64,000 bases of DNA, from the IMG/VR virus record IMGVR_UViG_3300024229_000001, one strand, 5' to 3'. The notes below the pieces were generated by a model. The model was not told the origin of the DNA. It ran no database searches and worked only from the letters and a program-made list of their open reading frames with translations. Made by a program: the position numbers and the translations under genes. Shown piece after piece: positions 10,206 through 17,354 of this stretch (positions within the stretch are counted from its first letter, which is position 1; each line of letters opens with the position of its first letter). Origin of the DNA: an uncultured virus (IMG/VR IMGVR_UViG_3300024229_000001) (taxonomy: Duplodnaviria; Heunggongvirae; Uroviricota; Caudoviricetes).

Positions 10206-10882
10206 AACTAAGTGATGAAACCCTTTCAACATTAAAAAACTTTGCTGGTATCAATTCAAATGTTGTGTTGAATCCAGGCAGTGTTGTAAAAACAATGTCT
10301 GAATCAAAAACTATTATGTCATCAGCTACTATTGCTGAAGATATTCCAGCTCAAATTGGTATTTACGATTTGAATGAATTTCTCGGTGTTGTTAATATGT
10401 TTGATGATCCAGATCTTATGTTTGATAATGAATTCAAATCCGTTCGTGTAACTGAAGGCAAGCGTGCTGTAAAGTACTTCTTTTCTGAGCCTTCTATTTT
10501 GACTACACCAAGTAAAGATGTTCAAATGCCTCCGTGTGATGTAACATTTACTCTTACTGGTGAAGACATGTCAAATTTACGTAGAGCTGCTAGTGCACTC
10601 GGAGTTACAGATTGTGTTATTAAATGCGAACCTGGAACTACACCACAACTTGTAGTAACTGACACCAAGGACTCTACATCTAACTCTTATGAAATTGATC
10701 TGGATGAATCTGTTGGTGCTGGATCAACATGTAATTTTGTTTTCAACATTGGTAATTTCAAATTTGTCAATGATGATTATGACGTATCAATTTCCAGCAA
10801 ATTAATTTCAAACTTTAAAGCAAAGAATACTCAAATTGAATACTGGGTAGCTCTTGAAAAAAACTCAACCTTTGGAGGCTAA
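10202..10882 (+). CDS. gp45: sliding clamp gp45
   Basis: MKLS..TL..LKNFA.IN, IYDLNEFL, YWVALE. Confidence 0.93.
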   Translation: MKLSDETLSTLKNFAGINSNVVLNPGSVVKTMSESKTIMSSATIAEDIPAQIGIYDLNEFLGVVNMFDDPDLMFDNEFKSVRVTEGKRAVKYFFSEPSILTTPSKDVQMPPCDVTFTLTGEDMSNLRRAASALGVTDCVIKCEPGTTPQLVVTDTKDSTSNSYEIDLDESVGAGSTCNFVFNIGNFKFVNDDYDVSISSKLISNFKAKNTQIEYWVALEKNSTFGG

Positions 10883-10883
10883 T

Positions 10884-11102
10884 ATGAGTGAACAACCAGA
10901 AATCGGTCTTGGTGTAGAAGATCTAATGAATGCACTGCGAGTAATTAATACAGCAACTGAACGCGGTGTATTTAAAGCAAATGAATTATCTTTTGTAGGA
11001 CAAGTTTATGACAAATTCTCAACCTTTGTACGAGCAGCTCAAGAAGAAGCAAAATCACAACAACCTCAAGATGGAGAATCTTCTGAAGATGGTAGTGAAT
11101 AA
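10884..11102 (+). CDS. hypothetical protein
   Basis: GGAGG RBS; conserved-looking ATERGVFKANEL..VG..Y. Confidence 0.6.
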   Translation: MSEQPEIGLGVEDLMNALRVINTATERGVFKANELSFVGQVYDKFSTFVRAAQEEAKSQQPQDGESSEDGSE

Positions 11103-11337
11103 CCCAACCCAACGTGAAACCATTGTAAACGCTTTAAAGGAATGGTCAAATTCTGCAGTTCGTGTAGAAGCAGAAAAAGATCTTCAAAAAAATATTATTG
11201 AAGATTTGTCTGATAAAGTTGATATTGAAAAGAAATATTTGAATAAACTAGCAACAATGTTTCATAAACAAAACTTTGCACAGTTTCAGCAAGAACGTGA
11301 GGAAATCGAAGAATTGTATGAATCTATCACTTCATAG
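11089..11337 (+). CDS. dsDNA-binding protein DsbA-like
   Basis: Helical, KLATMFHKQNF..FQQE..EIEELYE pattern. Confidence 0.6.
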   Translation: MVVNNPTQRETIVNALKEWSNSAVRVEAEKDLQKNIIEDLSDKVDIEKKYLNKLATMFHKQNFAQFQQEREEIEELYESITS

Positions 11338-11366
11338 TGTAAAAATCAGTCTAATTGTTATATAAT
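11338..11366 (+). promoter_or_regulatory. early promoter for gp44
   Basis: TGTAAA-N17-TATAAT. Confidence 0.6.
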
Positions 11367-11393
11367 ATATCTACTAAATCATGGAGTAAGTGA

Positions 11394-12329
11394 ATGTCTG
11401 ATTTTCTATGGGTTGAAAAATACCGTCCTCGCACTGTTGAACAAGCTATCCTTCCTTTGTCCCTCAAGGAAACATTTCGACAGATTATTTCTACTGGTGA
11501 ATTGCCTAATATGCTTTTCACTGGTACTGCCGGCGTTGGTAAGACTACCATTGCTCGAGCTTTGTGTAATGAGCTCGACCTAGATTATATTCTAGTTAAT
11601 GGTTCGGAAGAGGGAAACATCGATACCTTGCGTAATAAAGTGAAACAGTTTGCCTCCACTGTTTCACTTCATGGTGGATATAAGGTAGTCATCCTTGATG
11701 AAGCTGATTATCTTAATCCACAATCAACTCAGCCAGCCCTTCGTGGCTTTATTGAAGAGTTTGCGAATAATTGTCGATTCATCTTGACGTGTAATTTCAA
11801 AAACCGTATTATTGAGCCTCTCCATTCTCGTTGTTCGGTTTATGAATTTGCTATTCCAAATGATCAAAAGCCCGAATTGGCTGGCCAATTTTTTAAACGC
11901 GCAAGTGAGATTCTACAAAAAGAAAATGTAGAATTTGTACCTGATGCAGTTGCTCAATTAATTACCAAACACTTTCCAGATTGGCGTCGTGTTCTAAATG
12001 AAATGCAGCGTTATTCTGTGTCTGGTAAAATTGATGCTGGAATGCTTGTCGATTTGAATGATACCAATATCAAATCTCTTATGTCAGCTCTAAAAGCTAA
12101 AGACTTTAAAACTATGCGTCAATGGGTTGTTAGTAATATTGATACCGAACCTCAAGCAATCTTTCGTAAGCTATATGATTCTATGAACGAATATATAGTA
12201 CCACAGTCAATTCCTCAACTAGTTTTGATCTTGGCTGACTATCAATATAAAAATGCTTTTGTCGCTGACCATGAATTGAATGTGGTTGCTTGTATGACAG
12301 AAATTATGGCAAATGTGGAGTTTAAATAA
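11394..12329 (+). CDS. gp44: clamp loader large subunit gp44
   Basis: LWVEKYRP, GTAGVGKT, DEAD, SRC. Confidence 0.95.
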   Translation: MSDFLWVEKYRPRTVEQAILPLSLKETFRQIISTGELPNMLFTGTAGVGKTTIARALCNELDLDYILVNGSEEGNIDTLRNKVKQFASTVSLHGGYKVVILDEADYLNPQSTQPALRGFIEEFANNCRFILTCNFKNRIIEPLHSRCSVYEFAIPNDQKPELAGQFFKRASEILQKENVEFVPDAVAQLITKHFPDWRRVLNEMQRYSVSGKIDAGMLVDLNDTNIKSLMSALKAKDFKTMRQWVVSNIDTEPQAIFRKLYDSMNEYIVPQSIPQLVLILADYQYKNAFVADHELNVVACMTEIMANVEFK

Positions 12330-12550
12330 TGCTAACAGTGTATTCAAAAAATAATTGTCCCTATTGTGTTAAACTAAAAAATCAACTTAATACTTGGGGA
12401 ATTGCGTTTGAAGAAGTAAATATTGAACAAGATAAAGATGCAAAGAGTTTTGTAGTTGAACAGGGCCATCGAAGTGTACCTGTTCTTTATAATGAATTAG
12501 AACATATCAATCATAATAACATTACAAAAGAACAACTACTTAATCTTTGA
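12329..12550 (+). CDS. glutaredoxin (NrdH-like)
   Basis: CPYC, RSVP. Confidence 0.85.
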   Translation: MLTVYSKNNCPYCVKLKNQLNTWGIAFEEVNIEQDKDAKSFVVEQGHRSVPVLYNELEHINHNNITKEQLLNL

Positions 12551-12567
12551 ACTAAGGTGCTTATATT

Positions 12568-12942
12568 ATGAACTTCTTTGATTACCTTAACTCTATTAAC
12601 TATTCTAAAAAAGACATCATGGTTGATGATATTGCCGAGGACGAATATAACTCCTTTATGGTCAACCGCGGTCTTTCTTATTTTCAAGATACTATTCTCT
12701 ATGCAAATGAGATGAATAAGTATCATCACCTAGACTCTCGTCTTCAATTTGATTTTCTTATAAATATCATTAGAAAGCGAAAACGTTTCAGTAAATGGGC
12801 AAAAAATACTGATCCGGATGCTTTAAGTGTAGTGAAAGAATATTATGGCTATAGTAATGAAAAAGCCCGCCAAGTTCTTTCTCTACTTTCTAATGAACAA
12901 ATAATTGAATTGAAAAAGAGGATGTTCAAAGGTGGAAAATAA
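12568..12942 (+). CDS. gp62: clamp loader small subunit gp62
   Basis: RKRFSKW, VKEYYGYSNEKA; synteny. Confidence 0.9.
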   Translation: MNFFDYLNSINYSKKDIMVDDIAEDEYNSFMVNRGLSYFQDTILYANEMNKYHHLDSRLQFDFLINIIRKRKRFSKWAKNTDPDALSVVKEYYGYSNEKARQVLSLLSNEQIIELKKRMFKGGK

Positions 12943-13348
12943 TAATCAAGAAATTCATGACTGGTCTCCAGCCGCTATGCTGGAAATCACATTGAACGAG
13001 CCTGATGACTTTTTGAAAGTAAGAGAAACATTAACTCGTATTGGTGTGGCTTCTCGTAAGGATCGTAAGCTATATCAGTCATGTCACATTTTGCACAAGC
13101 AAGGCAGATACTTTATTGTGCATTTTAAAGAGCTATTCTTGCTCGACTCTAAACCTTCTAATTTGACTGAAAATGATATTCAGCGTCGTAATACTATTGC
13201 GACTCTTTTGTCAGACTGGGGCTTGATTTCTGTTGTAAATTCAGAGGCTGCATCTAATGTTGCTCCTCTACGACAGATTAAAGTAATTTCTCATAAAGAG
13301 AAAAATCAGTGGGAATTATGTCCAAAATATAATATTGGAAATAATTAA
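12932..13348 (+). CDS. regA: translational repressor RegA
   Basis: DDFLKVRETLTRIG, LYQSCHILHKQG; GTG start. Confidence 0.95.
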   Translation: MENNNQEIHDWSPAAMLEITLNEPDDFLKVRETLTRIGVASRKDRKLYQSCHILHKQGRYFIVHFKELFLLDSKPSNLTENDIQRRNTIATLLSDWGLISVVNSEAASNVAPLRQIKVISHKEKNQWELCPKYNIGNN

Positions 13349-13357
13349 AAAAAACTG

Positions 13358-13386
13358 TTTACATTTGGCTAGCATTGTTGTATAAT
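13358..13386 (+). promoter_or_regulatory. early promoter
   Basis: TTTACA-N17-TATAAT. Confidence 0.7.
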
Positions 13387-13410
13387 ATACTTAGAAATTG
13401 GAGAAAAGTT

Positions 13411-13923
13411 ATGAAAAAGACTATCTTAGGACTTACTACGGCACTTACTCTAGCTGCTTCGAATGTTGCAGCAGCTGGCCAAACTGTATATGGTACAATT
13501 ACAAACGTATCTCAAAACTGGACTTATGAAACTCGTCGAGTTCCATACGAAGATTGTACAACGGTTCGTGTTCCAGTAACTGGTAATTACCGTGGTGGAT
13601 CAGCCGGTGGTGATGCTCTTGCAGGTATGATTATTGGTGGATTACTAGGTAAAGGCGTTACTGGAAACGATCGTGGAGCCGCTGCAGGAGCTATACTCGG
13701 CGGTGTTATCGGAGCTGATAATCATCGTCCAGTAAATCGTGGCCGTGAGTATCGTGAAGAATATCGTTGTGTAACTAATTATGATTATGTTCGCGAATCA
13801 GTTCAAGCTGGCTACATTGTAGATTATATGTATGAAGGTTATCTCTATCAACTTAAAACTTTCAAACAATATAACATTGGAGATAAAATTCGACTAAATG
13901 TTCGAGTAAGTCCAATTAATTAA
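13411..13923 (+). CDS. exported glycine-zipper protein (YcfJ-like)
   Basis: Signal peptide; GMIIGGLLG...GAILGGVIG zipper; paired Cys. Confidence 0.75.
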   Translation: MKKTILGLTTALTLAASNVAAAGQTVYGTITNVSQNWTYETRRVPYEDCTTVRVPVTGNYRGGSAGGDALAGMIIGGLLGKGVTGNDRGAAAGAILGGVIGADNHRPVNRGREYREEYRCVTNYDYVRESVQAGYIVDYMYEGYLYQLKTFKQYNIGDKIRLNVRVSPIN

Positions 13924-13935
13924 GAAAGATTTATA

Positions 13936-14529
13936 ATGAAAATTGAAAGCCAATTTATAGGATCTTCTTTTATAGAAGAAGATCTATGCGATAATCTAAT
14001 TCGCTATTTTGATTCTTGGATTCATGAAGCAGCTCCAGGCACAATCGGCCTCAATAGTGGCAAAAAGCCTTCTAGTGCAGATATTAACTATGACGTAAAA
14101 AACAGCTTAGACTTACTTATTGGAGATATAGATCTTCAAGAGGCATACTATAACTCTCTAAAAAGAAATTTGGTAGATGATTACAAAAAAGAGTATAGCT
14201 GTTCAGACGACAATGCGCCTTGGGGTATTATCCAGGATTCTCAAATACAAAAATATCCTATAAAAAATGGTGGCTTTAAAGCATGGCACTGCGAAAGAAG
14301 CTCTGGAGTGGTTCAGCCGAATGCATCTAGACATTTAGTTTATATGACATATTTAAACGATATTAATGATGGAGGCGAAACAGAATTTTTATATCAAAAT
14401 TTAAAAATTAAACCTAAAAAAGGCTTATCTTTAGTTTGGCCAGCTGATTGGACCTTTACACATAGAGGTAACTCTGCTCCATCTGAAGAAAAATATATTG
14501 TCACAGGATGGTTTAATTATCTAGAATAG
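13936..14529 (+). CDS. 2OG-Fe(II) oxygenase
   Basis: WHCE, YLND..GGET.F, HRG, KYIVTGW. Confidence 0.85.
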   Translation: MKIESQFIGSSFIEEDLCDNLIRYFDSWIHEAAPGTIGLNSGKKPSSADINYDVKNSLDLLIGDIDLQEAYYNSLKRNLVDDYKKEYSCSDDNAPWGIIQDSQIQKYPIKNGGFKAWHCERSSGVVQPNASRHLVYMTYLNDINDGGETEFLYQNLKIKPKKGLSLVWPADWTFTHRGNSAPSEEKYIVTGWFNYLE

Positions 14530-14531
14530 CT

Positions 14532-14539
14532 TATAAATA
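14532..14539 (+). promoter_or_regulatory. T4-type late promoter
   Basis: TATAAATA. Confidence 0.7.
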
Positions 14540-14543
14540 AAAC

Positions 14544-14601
14544 TGAGATGCGGATAGTCCGGTCTCATACTGTTCTTGCTTGAAAAAGGAGAAAAACAAT
14601 G
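14544..14601 (+). promoter_or_regulatory. ROSE-like RNA thermometer in the hsp20 5' UTR
   Basis: 5' hairpin TGAGA..TCTCA, then TTCTTGCT pairing with AGGAGAA (SD) with a bulged G. Confidence 0.7.
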
Positions 14602-15069
14602 ACAGGCGTTAAACAATTATTTCCACGTTCATCTTTCGTGGGTTTCGATCATCTTTTAAATGAACTCGATCAAGTAGCAACTCATGCTAACGATCATTAT
14701 CCACCTCATAACATTATTAGAACTGGTGAGAATGATTATCTTATTGAGCTTGCAGTCGCAGGTTTCTCTCGTGATGAGTTATCAATTGAAGTAAAAGATC
14801 GAACTCTCGCAGTAACTGGAAATCATACTTCTAAAGGTAGAGAATTTATTCATCGTGGTATTTCGACAAAGAAATTTAAGCGAACCTTTAGGCTGTCTGA
14901 GCACGTACAAGTGCACGGAGCAGATCTAGTAGATGGTATCCTTGCGGTAGAACTGAAGGTAATCGTCCCAGAAGAAATGCGTCCTCGTAAAATTTCAATT
15001 GGAAAAAACGAGGGTCAAAATGACACAACACATATTAACAGTACACAGCTACTCAACGAGAGCAGTTGA
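14599..15069 (+). CDS. hsp20: small heat-shock protein Hsp20 (IbpA-like)
   Basis: GFD, YPPHNI, LAVAGF, HRGI, DGIL, PRKISI. Confidence 0.93.
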   Translation: MTGVKQLFPRSSFVGFDHLLNELDQVATHANDHYPPHNIIRTGENDYLIELAVAGFSRDELSIEVKDRTLAVTGNHTSKGREFIHRGISTKKFKRTFRLSEHVQVHGADLVDGILAVELKVIVPEEMRPRKISIGKNEGQNDTTHINSTQLLNESS

Positions 15070-15274
15070 ACTAATCCTTGAAACGCTGAAAGGCATTTAC
15101 AATAATCGAATTGAGCGTAAAGCAATTCGTGAAACTGAAAAGGCTTTAAGCGCACTATCTAATAAAGACTTAGCAGACATTGGCATCAACCGCGGCGAGA
15201 TCTATGAAATCGCTAGATGTAAATCATCTATTGCCCACGTCAAAGCAAACAAAAATTTGCAGGGATGGGTATAA
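15020..15274 (+). CDS. DUF1127 family small protein
   Basis: LSALSNKDLADIGINRGEI. Confidence 0.8.
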   Translation: MTQHILTVHSYSTRAVELILETLKGIYNNRIERKAIRETEKALSALSNKDLADIGINRGEIYEIARCKSSIAHVKANKNLQGWV

Positions 15275-15444
15275 TGACTGAAGCAGTAATGAAATATGCA
15301 TTTGCACCAGTTAGTGGACTCTTTAGTGGGTTTAATAACTTCTTTCTTTCATTGGGAAGAGCAAGAGCTGCAGCTGAGCTTTCGCGGATGGGTTATCACG
15401 CAGAAGCTAAATATCTAATGACTACTGATGTAGAAGATTTATAG
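15274..15444 (+). CDS. 56-aa protein not in the ORF track (MTEAVMKYAF...GRARAAAELSRMGYHAEAKYLM...)
   Basis: TAATG coupling to the DUF1127 gene; translated by hand. Confidence 0.65.
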   Translation: MTEAVMKYAFAPVSGLFSGFNNFFLSLGRARAAAELSRMGYHAEAKYLMTTDVEDL

Positions 15445-15478
15445 CTCAAAAGTAAGGGTCACTACTCAATAAGTGCGC

Positions 15479-15509
15479 GGGAGGCCACGGTAAGCCTCCC
15501 ATTTATTTT
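15479..15509 (+). terminator. probable intrinsic terminator
   Basis: GGGAGGC-cacggtaa-GCCTCCC followed by ATTTATTTT. Confidence 0.6.
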
Positions 15510-15523
15510 ACAAGGATAGTAGA

Positions 15524-15928
15524 ATGCTTAAGAATATTACTAATAAAATACCCGACTTTTGTATGAGTCACTGGTTGCTAAGAATTCCACTTGCAATCGT
15601 ATTCCTTCAACAAGGATTTGCTAAATGGCCAATTGATGCCGAAACAGCAGCATCATGGGAACTACCTCTTTTAGTTTGGGCATTCGTTGTTCTAGGCGAA
15701 ATTGGAGCAGGCATTGGACTATTAGTCGGTGGATCTCTTTATAAGTATCTAAAAGAGCTCGGCGATATATTAACACGGTTTTCAGGTATTACTATTTGTA
15801 GTATTATGACCGGTGTTATTTGGATGGCACAACCAGAAAGTTTTACTGAAGTATTATTGTATGACAATTTCCACGTCCTATTATGGGTAGGTGGAATGTT
15901 TTTTGCATTGAGAGGAAATAGAACATGA
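15524..15928 (+). CDS. DoxX family membrane protein
   Basis: LLRIPLAIVFLQQG..K, GE..G, several TM helices. Confidence 0.75.
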   Translation: MLKNITNKIPDFCMSHWLLRIPLAIVFLQQGFAKWPIDAETAASWELPLLVWAFVVLGEIGAGIGLLVGGSLYKYLKELGDILTRFSGITICSIMTGVIWMAQPESFTEVLLYDNFHVLLWVGGMFFALRGNRT

Positions 15929-16290
15929 CTAAAAACTTAATAGCATTTATTGCTTTTTTTATCGTAGCAGGTTCCACAGCGCATGCTGATAAAGCATTTC
16001 GTAAATGCGCATCTTGCCATAGTATTGAAGAAGGCGGAAAAAACGGTGCTGGACCAAACCTATGGAACGTTATGAATCGTGGCGCAGCTGTAAATGAAGA
16101 TTATCGTTATAGTAAAAAGCTATTAGCATGGGCAGAAGAAAATCCTCAATGGACTCCTGAGCTTATGGATAAGTGGCTAACCAATTCTAAAAAAATGGTA
16201 AAAGGTACTAAGATGAATTTCAAAGAAAAGAAAGAATCAAAGCGCCAAGCTATTATTGAATACCTACAATCAATGGGTACAGAACAATAA
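15925..16290 (+). CDS. class I cytochrome c (c2-like)
   Basis: Signal peptide, CASCH heme motif, GPNL, GTKM axial Met. Confidence 0.9.
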   Translation: MTKNLIAFIAFFIVAGSTAHADKAFRKCASCHSIEEGGKNGAGPNLWNVMNRGAAVNEDYRYSKKLLAWAEENPQWTPELMDKWLTNSKKMVKGTKMNFKEKKESKRQAIIEYLQSMGTEQ

Positions 16291-16457
16291 AAAATGCATG
16301 GCGAATATGGGCAAAAAGCTTAGGTGAAAAGGTCGGAGAGACTGACACTCAAGCAAACGTGGTTGCCGTCATAAGAACTTTCTGGTGGGTAGTCCATATT
16401 GCTACCTGCTTTATGATTATTATACACAATGGAGCAAAATTAGGATGGTGGCTATGA
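16287..16457 (+). CDS. small membrane protein (IKNAWRIWAKSLGEK...), ATA start or lost start codon
   Basis: 56-codon open frame with hydrophobic C-terminal half; no upstream ATG/GTG/TTG before the conserved-looking WRIWAK segment. Confidence 0.5.
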   Translation: MKNAWRIWAKSLGEKVGETDTQANVVAVIRTFWWVVHIATCFMIIIHNGAKLGWWL

Positions 16458-16666
16458 CAACACTAAGATGGCAAATGATTAATGCAGCACATGACCATGC
16501 CAAAGCACATGTTGAAAAACACAAAATGAATATTGAAATCTATTTAACGAATCCAGCTGGTATTGGTGAACACTCTGATATTATGGATGCAATCGAAAAA
16601 GAACTTGAGGAGATGGCAAAGTATGAAGATCATATGGAAATTCTTAACAAGTACTTCCCAAAATAG
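16454..16666 (+). CDS. conserved hypothetical protein
   Basis: NIEIYL.NPAGIGEH.DI pattern; ATGA overlap. Confidence 0.65.
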   Translation: MTTLRWQMINAAHDHAKAHVEKHKMNIEIYLTNPAGIGEHSDIMDAIEKELEEMAKYEDHMEILNKYFPK

Positions 16667-16747
16667 AGACCTGAGTTTGCATAGAGCTCATACCTCTAAA
16701 TACGAAGATCTATGCATGTAAACACACAACACACAAAGGAGACTATT

Positions 16748-16969
16748 ATGTCTAATAAAAATCCGTTTGAAATCCGTTCTGAAATGTTGCAACTCGCAAA
16801 AGAATATATGGATCAACAACAATCTTTGAATATGGCATTTGCTGAAAACATGGTTGAAGCTGGTAGAAAAACAGCTGAAGAAATGCAACAAGCATATCAA
16901 ATGTATTCAATGGAAGATCTTATGGAAAAAGCTAAAGAGATGTACTCTTTTGTTTCGAAAAAAGACTAA
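16748..16969 (+). CDS. conserved hypothetical protein
   Basis: AAGGAG RBS; NPFEIR.EML.LAK. Confidence 0.7.
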   Translation: MSNKNPFEIRSEMLQLAKEYMDQQQSLNMAFAENMVEAGRKTAEEMQQAYQMYSMEDLMEKAKEMYSFVSKKD

Positions 16970-16974
16970 ATTGT

Positions 16975-17000
16975 AGAGGGACTTCGGTCCCTCTTTTTTT
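16975..17000 (+). terminator. intrinsic terminator with UUCG tetraloop
   Basis: AGAGGGAC-TTCG-GTCCCTCT followed by a T run. Confidence 0.9.
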
Positions 17001-17015
17001 ATTATAGGAACTATC

Positions 17016-17294
17016 ATGATTAAAATTATTAGATTAAATTCTGGCGAAGAACTAATTGCTGAAACAAAAATAGAAGATTTAACATATGTTTTAAGTAATG
17101 TTTCAATAATTATTCCGACCGAAAAGGGAATTGGCCTTATGGACTTTATGGCTTATTCTACTGTTCCAGATAAGGGATTAGAAATTAAATCTGACTTTGT
17201 TGCTTTTACTTCTGAACCAGTTGAAGGTCTATTAAAGCAATATAAATCAGTTCACTCAAAAATTATTACTCCAAGCCAAGGATTAATCACATAA
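17016..17294 (+). CDS. hypothetical protein (Sm-like)
   Basis: IIRLNSGEELIA; typical gene directly upstream of gp43. Confidence 0.6.
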   Translation: MIKIIRLNSGEELIAETKIEDLTYVLSNVSIIIPTEKGIGLMDFMAYSTVPDKGLEIKSDFVAFTSEPVEGLLKQYKSVHSKIITPSQGLIT

Positions 17295-17299
17295 AGTTG

Positions 17300-17328
17300 T
17301 TTACTTTCTCCGCAAACTTTGATATAAT
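17300..17328 (+). promoter_or_regulatory. early promoter for gp43
   Basis: TTTACT-N17-TATAAT. Confidence 0.65.
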
Positions 17329-17354
17329 ATTTACTATGTAATGGAGGTAAACCC

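Noticed and set aside
15445..15510. Possible CcsR/cuckoo sRNA downstream of DUF1127
   Set aside because: No CCTCCTCCC loop motif; GCCTCCC is simply the 3' arm of a terminator-like stem
16385..16453. 5' extension of ORF 16385
   Set aside because: Overlaps the better-supported WRIWAK frame; the start at 16454 has ATGA coupling
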